The notes beneath the pieces are model-generated. The model saw only the letters and a list, made by a program, of their open reading frames with translations, was not told where the DNA came from and did not search any database. Made by a program: the position numbers and the translations under genes. Below, in pieces: positions 52,870 through 63,719 of a stretch of DNA of 64,000 nucleotides. Numbering within the stretch: position 1 is the first letter of the stretch; each line of letters begins with the position of its first letter. The stretch is from Macrostomum lignano (lineage: Eukaryota), in NCBI GenBank assembly GCA_002269645.1, contig NIVC01001946.1, positions 62,001 through 126,000 of the forward strand, read 5' to 3'.

Positions 52870-55800
52870 GCTTCGCTGGAGGAGAGGAGGCACGTCCCTC
52901 AGGCCAACAGGACTTGAGTGAGATCGGTGCCAATTTTGTACAAAATCTATGCGATGCCGACCCGTATGTTACGGCACATATATCCCGATGCAGTGTCGCC
53001 TTCCTGTTAGATACCGGTAGCAGACGGAATCTAATTGGCAGCGATACTTGGTCTGCGATTAAGGCGCAGCACCCAAATTGCGTAGTTTCACCTATTTATT
53101 CAGACGCGATCCAAATGTATGATGGATCTGCACTAGCGCTGCTAGGCAAAGTATTTATTCCGATCGAATTTGGCGACTTTAGCGCTGAAACTGAATTTTA
53201 CATCGCTAAAGGCGCCCATGAAAATATTTTGGGGATTAACTTTATGAGAGAAAACTGCCTTGAGCTAAATTTTCAGCAAGGTATGTTGACTTTCAAATCG
53301 TTAACCCGTGTGCCAGTGAGATTTACTAGACGCGAAGCTGCAGCCAGTAGGTTGTATACAGCCGACAGGTATACAATTCCACCGCGCAGCACACGCGTAG
53401 TTGAAGTGAAAGTGGCGAAAGGGCGCCAAGATTTGAATGGCACGCCCCTGATTTTCGAGCCACTGAAATCCGGTAATAGAGTAGGCAGCCTTACTTACAC
53501 TATGGCGCCAGCACTCTTAACCGTGAATGAAGGCCACAGCTATTTAGAAATAATCAATAATAGTTCGGCTGAAATTACAATTAGAAACAATGTACTGCTT
53601 GGAGTAGCTAGTCCGCTTAAATGGCAGGATTTAGCGTACTTCGAAGAGCCTTCAGAGGCGCGAGTCAGACACTTGCAGCCGGATGATGCCCAAGCAGGAA
53701 AGAAGAGCTGGATAGATCAGATAGAAATTAGTGACCAGCTCTCAGCAGATCAGAAGAAATTAGTTAGAGAACTGCTGCTCCAAAAGAGCGCAGCTTTCGC
53801 CAAAGACGAGCTAGACCATGGGCTCACGCATCTAGTGACTCATGAGATGATCATGACTGATAACACTCCAGTCAGAATTCCGCCGCGCAGAGTGCCGCCG
53901 CACTTGCAGGAAAAGCTCGATGGCGTAATAGATGAGATGTTGGCAAAGAACATCATCAGGCCAGCATACTCTAGTTACAACTCGCCAGTGCTGTTAGTAC
54001 CTAAAAAGGATGGAACAGTTAGATTAGTGTTAGATTATCGCGAGTTGAATAAGAAATGTTTAAGGCACGTCTATCCTCTGCCTAACATTCAAGATACCTT
54101 TGCTTGCTTAAAGGGCTCGAATTTCTATTCTTGCCTAGACTTAGCGCAAGGTTTCTTTCAAATTCCGCTTAGACAAGAAGATCAGCATAGAACAGCCTTT
54201 TCAATTATTAATCGTGGCCAATTTTGCTTTAATGTGCTACCAATGGGCTTGACTGATTCGCCCGGCTCATTCCAAAGGACCATTAATTTGCTCCTAGAAG
54301 GATTGAAGCCCCACATTGCGCTCGGGTATATGGATGACATTCTAGTTCATTCAGTAACCTTTGAGCAGCATCTTGCGCACTTAGAAACAGTGCTGCAGCG
54401 CGTAATTGACGCGAAACTGAAGCTGAAGGCGAAGAAATGTTCGCTGTTCTCAGCTGAGTTGGCTTACTTAGGACATAAGCTAACTCCTGAAGGTGTCAAG
54501 ACGGATGAGGCGAAGCTCGCCGCTATCCGCGATTGGCCAGTGCCGCGCACAGCCTCGCAGCTGCGCAGTTTTCTAGGCCTGGCCCAGTACTATAAGAAGT
54601 ACATTAAGGACTACTCTAGTATAGCATCGCCATTGCACGCTTTAACGCGCAAAACTATCACTAGCCTGTCAAAATTATGGACTGATGAGCATCAACAAGC
54701 TTTTCAGGCCCTGAAGGACAAATTATGTTCTTCAGAAGTTTTAGCTTATCCTGAATTTACCAGTGATCCTAAGGTGTCATTCATCTTGGACACAGATGCT
54801 AGTGATATTGGAATTGGCGCATGCTTAGGCCAGATTCAGTCTGATGGCGAAGAGCATCCTATTGCTTACTTCAGCCGCAAGTTGTCAGCTGCAGAAATGC
54901 GCTACACGACAACTAAGAAAGAGTTGTTAGCGATTGTCGATTCTCTCCGACATTTCCGCTACTATCTATTAGGGAAGAAGTTCAAGATCAGGACAGACCA
55001 TTCCGCGCTGTGCTGGCTACTTCGCCAAACTGAAGCCACCGGAATTCTAGGTCGTTGGGTGCAGAGGTTGAGTGAGTTTGATTTCGAGTTGTCCCATAGA
55101 GCTGGGAAACTGCACGTCAACGCTGACACGTTGTCCAGGAAGCCGGAGACCCCGGCCCAATGTTCAACTAGCGCCTTGAATAACCCATGCGAGATTCGAG
55201 AGGCAACTGTCTCAGGCCCCCGACTGACCGCATTGCTGGAGGAGAGTGCGCCAGCGAAAGATGCTGCTGTAAAGCGCATCAAGAGTGCCTGCGAGAAATC
55301 AGACTGGGAAAGAAGCGAGGAGGCCACTGTGAATTCAGCCCACCCGCCAGAAATCCCTCAACACTCAGGATGTGATGAAGGCGCGTTAAGGCCCGACTGC
55401 TCTCCCATGAGCCCGCCTAATGCAACCGATAGTCTAACTAAGACTCCATGGCTCGATTGCTTTCCCATAAGCCTGCCAGGTGTCGCCAAACCAAGTGCGC
55501 AGAACTCGAATTGCTCCCCGCTGAGCCGTTCTGCTGCCATGCCGACTATCTCGAAGGTCAAATCGAAGCGATCACTGACCCCGATGTCGAGCAATCCTGC
55601 TGAGATGGGCACTGAAGCGTCGATACGATGCGGATTCCAATCCCGCCTTCGACATGCCAATCAGCAGTGGATGAAGAATTCTGCCAGAGCCAGAAAGGCG
55701 CCTCAGAATTGGCTGCCAGAAGCTGAGTGCTCTGATGATGAAGATGATGCAACAGGTTCGGACTGCACGACAGAATCTGAGACCAATCGACAGCCTGATT

Positions 55801-57755
55801 CGCCCGATGCATTGCCGAAGCCTCAGTTTGATTTCGACTCCCACCAGTCACCGTCGCTGCCAAGATGTCGATTTCTGCTGTCTGAAGCCCTAGAAGCACC
55901 GATTACGAGACAGGAGCTGCTTGAAGCGCAGAAGAGAGACCCTGTACTCGCGAAAATCGCTGAGTTGAAGGCGCAGAGTGCGCCCAAACCGTCTTTTGAC
56001 GAGAGACTAAGCATGAGCAAGGAAATGAGAAACCTGCTCGGGTACTACGAGACCCTATGCTTAGACAATGATGGCATTCTAATGATAGATTTTGATGATA
56101 ATCGACCCATTAGATTTGTCTTGCCAAAGGAGTTAGACGCTGCTGTAATGCGCGCACTGCATGACTCCCCGCTAAGCGGCCATTTAGGCCAGAAAAAGAC
56201 TCTGCAGAGAGTCCAGCAGTTATTCTGGAGACCCGGAATTCACACTGTGGTCGATCGTTATATCGCCCAGTGTAGAGCTTGCTTAGAGAGCAAAGCCAGG
56301 CGCAAAGTGCACTTGCCGCCTCAGAAATTCCCGGTCGGAGATGTGTTAGACCGCGTACACTTGGATATCATGGGCCCAATCAATCAGCCTAGTGCTGCAG
56401 GCCATAGATATGTCCTAACCTTGTGTGACGCGACGTCGAAGTATCCGTGGGCCTATGCTCTGAGAAATCAGAAGGCCAAGACAATTATTAAAGTGATTCA
56501 GGAACAGTTCATTCCAATTTACGGTGTGCCAGCCCAGTTCCATTCTGATCAAGGAACCAATTTTACGGGCGCCGCCTTTAATAATTTTTGCAAATTATAT
56601 GGGATAAGACACACAGTAACTTGTCCGTATAATCCTGCATCTAATGGACTTGTTGAGAACCTGAATCGGAACATTAAGTCTGTGCTGACATGTCTGTTAG
56701 AGACCAAGCACAAAGATTGGGCACACTATCTGCCAGCTTGCTTAATAGCGCTGCGCACGGCTGTTCACTCAGTGACAGGATACAGCCCGCATTTTCTGAT
56801 GTTTGGCCGCACATTCAATTTGCCAATTGAAAATGAATTGCGCCACTCACCTGATTATCAGAATTTGCCAGATTATGTGCGCCAATTTGAAAGTCGACTG
56901 AGTGAGGCGACCGCCCTAGCAAAAGAGCGAATTCGCGCTCAGCAGGATTTCCGCGTAGATCACTTTGCCGGAAAACCGCAAGTAGATCCGCTGCAGCCAG
57001 GACAATTAGTGTTCTTGGCGAATCCAGTGCTAGAGGCCGGTGAAGCGCCGAAATTCCATAGACCGCGGAAAGCCGTCTATGAGGTGATTGAGCAAAAGGG
57101 CGAGCTGGTCTACAAGGTCCGTCGCCAAGGCGAGAAGCGCCGTGCTCGAAAAGAGGTGCTTGTAGTGCACCGAAAGAATCTGCTCCCCGTGCCAACTGCC
57201 GACTATCTCCCACAGGTCGCAGAAGCACAGCACCCGATGCACCGACAGCGTTGTCATCCGGCGCCACAGGCTGCTACCGAAGCGCCAGGCTGCCACGCTG
57301 AGTTCTGCACCGAAGATTCCGACGAGGACGGAGACGAGAGCATTGTCGACGTAAATTGGGCGCACCCAGCTGCAGCCGCCGCTGCGCTGAGGTCGACGCG
57401 CTCGCCGCTGCAAGCGCGATCGCGAGGCGCCATCGCCGAAGTTGTCGACCAAGGAGCTGAAACGGAGAGAGGAGATTTTCCGCCCATTGAGGTTGCGCAG
57501 TTGCCGTCACGCAGCCCAAGCCCACGCGAATCTCCTATTCCCGCGCTCCCATCCCCCATCGCACCTGAGCAACAACTAGGAGAAATTTCGACTATAGATA
57601 GGCAGGCAACTAGGACTAGGGACGTCGATCTAGCGACACTAAACCGCCCAGAGCGATTGCGCAGGGAACCTGATAGGTTACAGGTCAACCCTAGCCGCAA
57701 GACATATGCGTCTCGCCTGGCCAGATTAATTAACCGAATATTTCGCCGGAAATAA
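52803..57755 (+). CDS. pol: Pol polyprotein: aspartic protease, reverse transcriptase, RNase H, integrase
   Basis: FLLDTGS; YRELNK, LDLAQGFFQI, LPMGL, YMDDILV; ILDTDASDIGIG, TDHSAL; HHCC zinc finger (HDSPLSGHLG..CRAC), VHLDIMGP, HSDQG, NGLVEN; GPY/F-like region. No internal stops. Confidence 0.98.
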   Translation: MRRQQPLRQQPRARSQEHPATVSFAGGEEARPSGQQDLSEIGANFVQNLCDADPYVTAHISRCSVAFLLDTGSRRNLIGSDTWSAIKAQHPNCVVSPIYSDAIQMYDGSALALLGKVFIPIEFGDFSAETEFYIAKGAHENILGINFMRENCLELNFQQGMLTFKSLTRVPVRFTRREAAASRLYTADRYTIPPRSTRVVEVKVAKGRQDLNGTPLIFEPLKSGNRVGSLTYTMAPALLTVNEGHSYLEIINNSSAEITIRNNVLLGVASPLKWQDLAYFEEPSEARVRHLQPDDAQAGKKSWIDQIEISDQLSADQKKLVRELLLQKSAAFAKDELDHGLTHLVTHEMIMTDNTPVRIPPRRVPPHLQEKLDGVIDEMLAKNIIRPAYSSYNSPVLLVPKKDGTVRLVLDYRELNKKCLRHVYPLPNIQDTFACLKGSNFYSCLDLAQGFFQIPLRQEDQHRTAFSIINRGQFCFNVLPMGLTDSPGSFQRTINLLLEGLKPHIALGYMDDILVHSVTFEQHLAHLETVLQRVIDAKLKLKAKKCSLFSAELAYLGHKLTPEGVKTDEAKLAAIRDWPVPRTASQLRSFLGLAQYYKKYIKDYSSIASPLHALTRKTITSLSKLWTDEHQQAFQALKDKLCSSEVLAYPEFTSDPKVSFILDTDASDIGIGACLGQIQSDGEEHPIAYFSRKLSAAEMRYTTTKKELLAIVDSLRHFRYYLLGKKFKIRTDHSALCWLLRQTEATGILGRWVQRLSEFDFELSHRAGKLHVNADTLSRKPETPAQCSTSALNNPCEIREATVSGPRLTALLEESAPAKDAAVKRIKSACEKSDWERSEEATVNSAHPPEIPQHSGCDEGALRPDCSPMSPPNATDSLTKTPWLDCFPISLPGVAKPSAQNSNCSPLSRSAAMPTISKVKSKRSLTPMSSNPAEMGTEASIRCGFQSRLRHANQQWMKNSARARKAPQNWLPEAECSDDEDDATGSDCTTESETNRQPDSPDALPKPQFDFDSHQSPSLPRCRFLLSEALEAPITRQELLEAQKRDPVLAKIAELKAQSAPKPSFDERLSMSKEMRNLLGYYETLCLDNDGILMIDFDDNRPIRFVLPKELDAAVMRALHDSPLSGHLGQKKTLQRVQQLFWRPGIHTVVDRYIAQCRACLESKARRKVHLPPQKFPVGDVLDRVHLDIMGPINQPSAAGHRYVLTLCDATSKYPWAYALRNQKAKTIIKVIQEQFIPIYGVPAQFHSDQGTNFTGAAFNNFCKLYGIRHTVTCPYNPASNGLVENLNRNIKSVLTCLLETKHKDWAHYLPACLIALRTAVHSVTGYSPHFLMFGRTFNLPIENELRHSPDYQNLPDYVRQFESRLSEATALAKERIRAQQDFRVDHFAGKPQVDPLQPGQLVFLANPVLEAGEAPKFHRPRKAVYEVIEQKGELVYKVRRQGEKRRARKEVLVVHRKNLLPVPTADYLPQVAEAQHPMHRQRCHPAPQAATEAPGCHAEFCTEDSDEDGDESIVDVNWAHPAAAAAALRSTRSPLQARSRGAIAEVVDQGAETERGDFPPIEVAQLPSRSPSPRESPIPALPSPIAPEQQLGEISTIDRQATRTRDVDLATLNRPERLRREPDRLQVNPSRKTYASRLARLINRIFRRK

Positions 57756-57774
57756 TCGCCCTACAGCGACAATT

Positions 57775-58209
57775 ATGTCAGATGAAGAAAATTTTAGGCC
57801 GGAGCGACGGGCTGAAAGCTCGCGCCCGATTACCCCCGACGTAGCCCATCAGGCGCGTCTGCCAACAGAAGAGAGCGACCCGCAGGGGCGCCCAGCCCGA
57901 CCTCGGAGGCGTGGAAAGAGAGCCGGACGGTTCCGCGGAGAAGAGGGACGTCAACTGTTCATCCGGCTACGCCGAGCGGCCGCTGCGGTGGCCTTCGCTA
58001 CGCCTCTTTCCGCGAGGAACGTCCGACCTCCTGGTCCTCGCCCGGAGTCTGGCCGAAATGCGCCGCCACCTTCGCCGGTGTCACGCGCCACATCGACTGA
58101 AGATCTGGCCGCCTGGTCGAGGCAGCGCCAGGCCACGGACCGCCAAATAACTTGTTCACGTGCCCCCTTTTTTCTGACATATTATTTTGCATGTACCATC
58201 TTTTTTTAA
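57775..58209 (+). CDS. Small Arg/Pro-rich third ORF of the Gypsy element, 144 aa
   Basis: ATG 19 nt after the pol stop; stop-free up to ~80 nt before the PPT; function unknown. Confidence 0.45.
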   Translation: MSDEENFRPERRAESSRPITPDVAHQARLPTEESDPQGRPARPRRRGKRAGRFRGEEGRQLFIRLRRAAAAVAFATPLSARNVRPPGPRPESGRNAPPPSPVSRATSTEDLAAWSRQRQATDRQITCSRAPFFLTYYFACTIFF

Positions 58210-58280
58210 TTAAAAAGTTTTTACTCACCGTTCGTTTTAAATAAACGCTGAAGCCGTCAGCTTCTTCCGGCTCATCTTTT

Positions 58281-58293
58281 AGCTGGAGGAGAG
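58281..58293 (+). promoter_or_regulatory. Polypurine tract
   Basis: AGCTGGAGGAGAG immediately before the 3' LTR TG. Confidence 0.75.
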
Positions 58294-59817
58294 TGATGTG
58301 GCCGCAGCCTTCTGCTGCAAGCATAGGGCCGCAGTCACATCTTAGGCACTGCTGTCCGCTGCTAGTATCTGGAATAGGAATTTTCTGCTGCCTCCATGCA
58401 CTCTAAGCAGCCTTCCTTGGCGCTCAGAAGTTGCACAATATGGCGCAATCTAGGAAGGAAATTAGGAAGTTTTGCCTAGCCTAGGGTTAGTTAGTGGAAG
58501 CCGCCAAATTTGGCGCTTGCCTGTACTGTTGTTGCCTGGCCTGCCGCGTACGATCGCTCAGTGTACGCAAGTCTAGTTAGCCGCACTCCTCCCCCGTGCG
58601 CTCTCTGGACCCTTCCCCTTTTCTGCTCTCTCGTTCCTCCTGCGTCCGAGCCTCTCCCCATGCGTCATTCTATTTTTAGACTGAGGGTTTCGCGGACCCC
58701 GTGTCCCGAGCTGAACCCTCCCTCACGTGCAGCCTTGTGCGCACAAGCCCAAATTTGGCATGCTATTGTCACTAGTGGCTTGAGGCGACTGTCGGCGCTT
58801 CGTTCAAGCTACTTTCTCCCCCATGTTTAATCAATATCTGTTGTGCATCATTATCCGCACTTTTCGGGCTGCAGTTCCATGGTCAAGCCACGGAATGCCC
58901 AAACGCTCCACCCTCCGCGTTCTATATTAACGAATGCAGGCCCGCTTGTCTGAATTTTTCCTCAGAACCGTTTTGACCGCTGGTCAATCTCGTAGAGAAC
59001 TATCTCCGAGAAAGCGCTCTAGCGCCGGTTAACAGCGAAGCAAAGCTCCTGAGCAGGTCTTGGTAGAGCTTTAAGCATCGCTAAGCAGCTGCAAGCTCCT
59101 GAGCAGGTCTTGGTAGAGCATTGCAGCGCTCAAGCAGAAAGCACGCTCCTGAGCAGGTCTTGGTAGAGCATTGCTAGTGCTATAGCTCTGGTTTTCCAGC
59201 CTACCCTATTGGCAGGAAATCAGTTGGCTGAGGCCATTCTGCTAGTGTCAATTCGCGACACAGGCGCGAATAAGAGTGAGAGTGAGTGTGCAGTCGCAGC
59301 ACTCGTGCGCGATCCTAAGAACTAGCTGTTAGTTTATAGGCCTAGAGTCTATTGCTGCTTCAGGCGCATAGACCTATTCCTCGCCGCCCATCTGCGCGAG
59401 ACATAGCTATTAGGTTAGTAGGAGTTAGGGGTCCTCTGAGAGCTAAACTCAGACACGCTCAAGCGCGGACATTGTCAGTGCCAGGACTGCGCCGCTCAGG
59501 CCATTTGCTACCATTGAGTCCTGTCACTTGGACATTGAAATATCTGAGACTAGTTGTTCTAGCGTTATTTATTTGCGTGGAGCCCAAACAGACCCCTTCA
59601 TTGCGGATCCTACGGTTCCCACGCTGGTGGCAGCACTACCCTTAATTTTAGATTTCCCCAGTCTCAACCCCCACAAGCGTGCTTGCTAAGGTTGCCTCGG
59701 CCAATAGCAGTCCGCCTCACCCTAGCAGCCAGATACCGAGACACAACACTGGTGGCAGCGGTGGGATACCAAGATTTACAGACCCGAGCCAAGGCAATCA
59801 GAAGCAAGGGCACTTTA
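58294..59817 (+). repeat. 3' terminal repeat (LTR to 59748, then PBS1 copy 59750-59767 and 50 bp of leader)
   Basis: Same sequence and length as the 5' repeat wherever I compared them; the ORF track gives identical peptides at offset 8430. Confidence 0.95.
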
Positions 59818-60900
59818 TTAGCATGCTTGAAAGAACTGCAATTTACAAGAATAGTTATCATTTAACAGTTTATTTGGTTAGGCTTTCAGTTGGCTTCTAT
59901 TTTATAATAAACTTTTTGCTTACTTTTTTAATCATAACAACATATAAAATATACAAAATATATAAAATATTTCAAATATGTGTATGATATAACAAAATAA
60001 TGCAATTTTGAAATTATTTTTTAAAGAAATTTGATCTACTAAAAGTGAAGCCTTTTACAGACATTAGAGTCTTAAAACACTTTTTACAAATTCCTAATGC
60101 ATTTATTAGGGCCTAATAGTAGAATATAAGATATTCCAATACTAATTAATAGTACAGATACTTTTTGCTTTACAATTATTGACTATAACTGATAATTTAG
60201 CAATAAAGAATGACCTTAATATTAAATATATATTTTTTATACTTTAGTTTCTAAAGATATAATATTATTAGCTCATATGAATGTAACTATATAAAATGAA
60301 ATTTTCAATGGTAAAATAATTTTTTATAAATAATAAGATAGTTGATAAAAAATCAATATGCATTATTTTTTAAATAGAAAAATTGTCTTTTTAATATAAC
60401 TTGTATTTTCTTTGTCTTTTGTATAAATTTTACAATTAAAAAAAAGCTAAGAGTGTGCTTGTAAATATAAAAAGTTGTTTATAAATGACTCTTTTTTTAA
60501 TAAAAATAGCATTTATTTTACTAAAATAGTATAAATACCTATTTTACTAAATTTGTTATAGGATTATAGGAGCCATAGTGATTTTATGATCACAGAAACA
60601 AATAAATTAAAAGAAAAAAGGCATTTAATGGTTGAGGCAAGAAAGAGAAAAAACTTGAATTACAAGCAGAGAAAAGCAATATTGCAAAAAATCTCGACAG
60701 ATGGAAGTATATTGCAGTTTTATGAAGAACTATGTTGCACCAGCCAGGTAAAATTCAGAAAGTTGAACATGCATGACTACAATTCAAGCTGGTTAACTTG
60801 AAATTTAATTTTTCCTAAAACTGGAAATGATCAATTCTCTTTTCATGCAAGAATAAAACAACAATTTTTGCTACAATAATTAGTTTGAACAATAAATACC

Positions 60901-63573
60901 ATGGCTGACAAAGAGAAAGCTGACAAGAAGAAGCAAAAGAAGGAGGCTGAAAAAGCAGCCAAATTGGCCAAGTTTCAAGCCAAGAAGCAGTTAGAGGAGC
61001 AGCAGAAAGCCGCTGCAGCAGCTGCTGATGGACAAAAGCAATCAAAAAAGAAGAAAGCTGGCAAGCCAGAGAAGCCAACTGGTCCAGCTGAGTACAAGTG
61101 GGAGCACGAGCCCGGGCAGCGTAAGAACACAGCCTGTCCCCTACCAGAGGCCTATGAGCCTCGCTATGTTGAATCTGCCTGGTACGAATGGTGGGAATCT
61201 GAAGGCTTCTTCAAGCCCGAACATCAACAGCCAGATTTTACTAAACCAAATCCCAGAGGTATATTTATGATGGTGATTCCGCCGCCGAATGTCACAGCTG
61301 GCCTGCATATTGGCCACGCGTTGACTAGCGCTATTGAGGACACCCTAACTAGGTGGCACCGGATGCGGGGTGAGACCACCCTGTGGAATCCCGGATGCGA
61401 TCACGCTGGCATTGCTACGCAGGTTTGTGTTGGCTGGTGCCGTTTCAGATCCCACAGTTTCATCAACACTTAAAATCTCATCAATCCCACAATCTCGGCA
61501 CTCCCACAATCTGAGCACTCTCATTAGCTTGACACTCCCACAACCTGAGCACTCTCACAATCTCGGCACTCCCACAATAGTCGAACTCTAAAATTCTACA
61601 CATCCACAATCTCGGCCCTACCATAATCTCAGCACTCCCACGATCTTAGAACTCTCACAATCTTAGAACTCTCACAATCTGAGCATTCCACAATCTTAAA
61701 ACTCTCACAATCTGAGCACTCCCACAATCTTAAAACTCTCAAAATCTGAGCACTCCACAATCTTAAAACTTTCACAATCTGAGCATTCCCACAATCTTAA
61801 AACTCTCAAAATCTGAGCACTCCACAATCTCGGCCCTCCCATTTCTCACAATCTGAGCATTCCCACAATCTTAAAACTCACAATCTGAGCACTCCACAAT
61901 CTCGGCCCTCCCATTATCTTAGAACTTCATAATCTCAGCCCTCCCACAATCTGAGCACTCTCACAATCTGAGCGTTCCCACAATCTTAGAACTCTCAAAA
62001 TCCGAGCACTGCCACAATATCGGCAAGTCAATAATCTAAGTAGTCTCAAAGTCTGAGCACTCTCACAATATCCAACTGCCGCAGGTTGTAGTGGAAAAGA
62101 AGCTGATGCGAGAGCGCGGCCTGACCCGACACGACCTCGGCCGGGAAGCATTCGAACAAGAAATCTGGCGCTATCGCAACGAGAAAGGCGATCGAATCTA
62201 TTATCAATTGCGTCATCTCGGCTGCTCATGCGATTGGTCACGGGCTCGATTCACAATGGAACCAAAAATGAGTCGGGCCGTTATTGAAGCCTTCGTTCGC
62301 ATGCACGGCATGGGCCTGATGTACCGGGCCAACCGGCTGGTTAACTGGTCCTGCACCCTGCGCAGCGCCATCTCCGATATCGAAGTGGAAAAGAAGGAAC
62401 TGACTGGCAGGAAAGCGCTTCACGTGCCCGGCTACGAGCAGCCCATTGAGTTCGGCGTGCTCACCCATTTTGCCTATCCGTTAGCAGATTCGGATGAGAA
62501 GATTGTCGTGGCTACTACTCGGCCGGAAACTATGCTGGGCGACACTGCTGTGGCTGTGCACCCGGAAGATCCTAGGTAGGTTGCGGTTATTAATTACTTG
62601 TAGAATTGTGTTGATTGTGTTTGAAATTTTGCCGTATCGAATGTATCGAAAATAGAGTTTGCACAGGTTATGATGTACTAGAAAGCGTCATTTTAAATTA
62701 GCTTGCCGTTATGTATCAAAAAATCATTATCAGAGTAGATCATTGGTAAAATTGCCCGATATGTATCGAAAATCATTGCATCAGCTGATCTAGATCGATT
62801 GTCGATTGGCCGATATGAATAGAAAATCACTTTATCAGCGTGTTACATTATATAGTACAGTTAGCCGATATGTATCGAAAATTAATTTATAGGCGTATTG
62901 GATTACATCGTAAAATCGGCCGATATGTATCGAAAATCACTTTATCAATGTTTTATATTAGATTGTAAAATCGGCCGATATGTATCAAAAATCACTTTAT
63001 CAGCGTTTTATGTTAGATTATAAAATCGGCCGATATGTATCGAAAATCACTTTATCAGCGTATTGGATTACAGTAAAATCGGCCGATATGTATCGAAAAT
63101 CACTTTATCAGCGTATTGGATTACATTATGTAATGTATTCGGCCGATATGTATCGATAATAGCAATTAAATTATTCGAAACCAACTCTCCGCTCCCCCTA
63201 GATACAAGCACATGCACGACCGTCGTATCGTTCATCCGTTCTTCCCCGACCGGGAGATGCGCGTCGTTGCTGACAGCTTTGTCGAGCGCGAGTTCGGCAC
63301 AGGCGCGGTGAAAATCACCCCGGCTCACGACGCCAACGATTTTGAATGCGGCATTCGTAACAATCTCGCCTTTATCACAGTCATCGGCGAGGACGGTCGC
63401 ATCGCCGACAATTGCGGCGAGTTCTCCGGTTTGCCCCGGTTCGATGCTCGCCAACGCGTTGTGGACGCTTTGAAAGCCAAGGGTCTCTGGATTGGAGAGC
63501 AGGACAATCCTATGGTTGTGCCAATTTGTAGTCGCAGCAAAGACGTTATTGAACCGCTAATTAAGCCGCAATG
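60901..63573 (+). CDS. VARS1: Valyl-tRNA synthetase, 5' part; exons 60901..61422, 62085..62575, 63202..~63573; continues beyond the window
   Basis: Lys-rich eukaryotic N-terminal extension; [17 protein letters not shown] (HIGH motif), [11 protein letters not shown]|[47 protein letters not shown]|[27 protein letters not shown] boundaries with consistent phases. Confidence 0.97.
61470..62065. repeat. Degenerate ~18-bp intronic repeat (CTCACAATCTGAGCACTC core)
   Basis: Fills intron 1 of ValRS. Confidence 0.88.
62620..63170. repeat. Degenerate ~55-bp intronic repeat (GCCGATATGTATCGAAAATCAC core)
   Basis: Fills intron 2 of ValRS. Confidence 0.88.
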
Positions 63574-63719
63574 GTTTGTTCTTTTATCAAGCTTGTTTTA
63601 CACTATAAAAGTTGTGCAGTGATAACTTGACTTTAATATTTAACAATCGTAGGGTTTCAGAATTAAAAAGTTCGCCCCAAAGTTCTATTTCTATTTAAAA
63701 AATCCTGAATTCGATGAAA

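Larger units (their letters stand above)
49864..59817 (+). mobile_element. Apparently intact Ty3/Gypsy LTR retrotransposon, 9954 bp
   Basis: 1524-bp direct terminal repeats offset by 8430 bp; TSD TTAG (49860-49863, 59818-59821); gag, pol in PR-RT-RH-IN order, PBS, PPT. Confidence 0.98.

Noticed and set aside
54962-57700. Several antisense ORFs over pol
   Set aside because: Expected shadows of a long GC-rich coding frame.
57775-58209. env gene
   Set aside because: Only 144 aa, no signal peptide, no furin site plus fusion peptide, no proper TM anchor.
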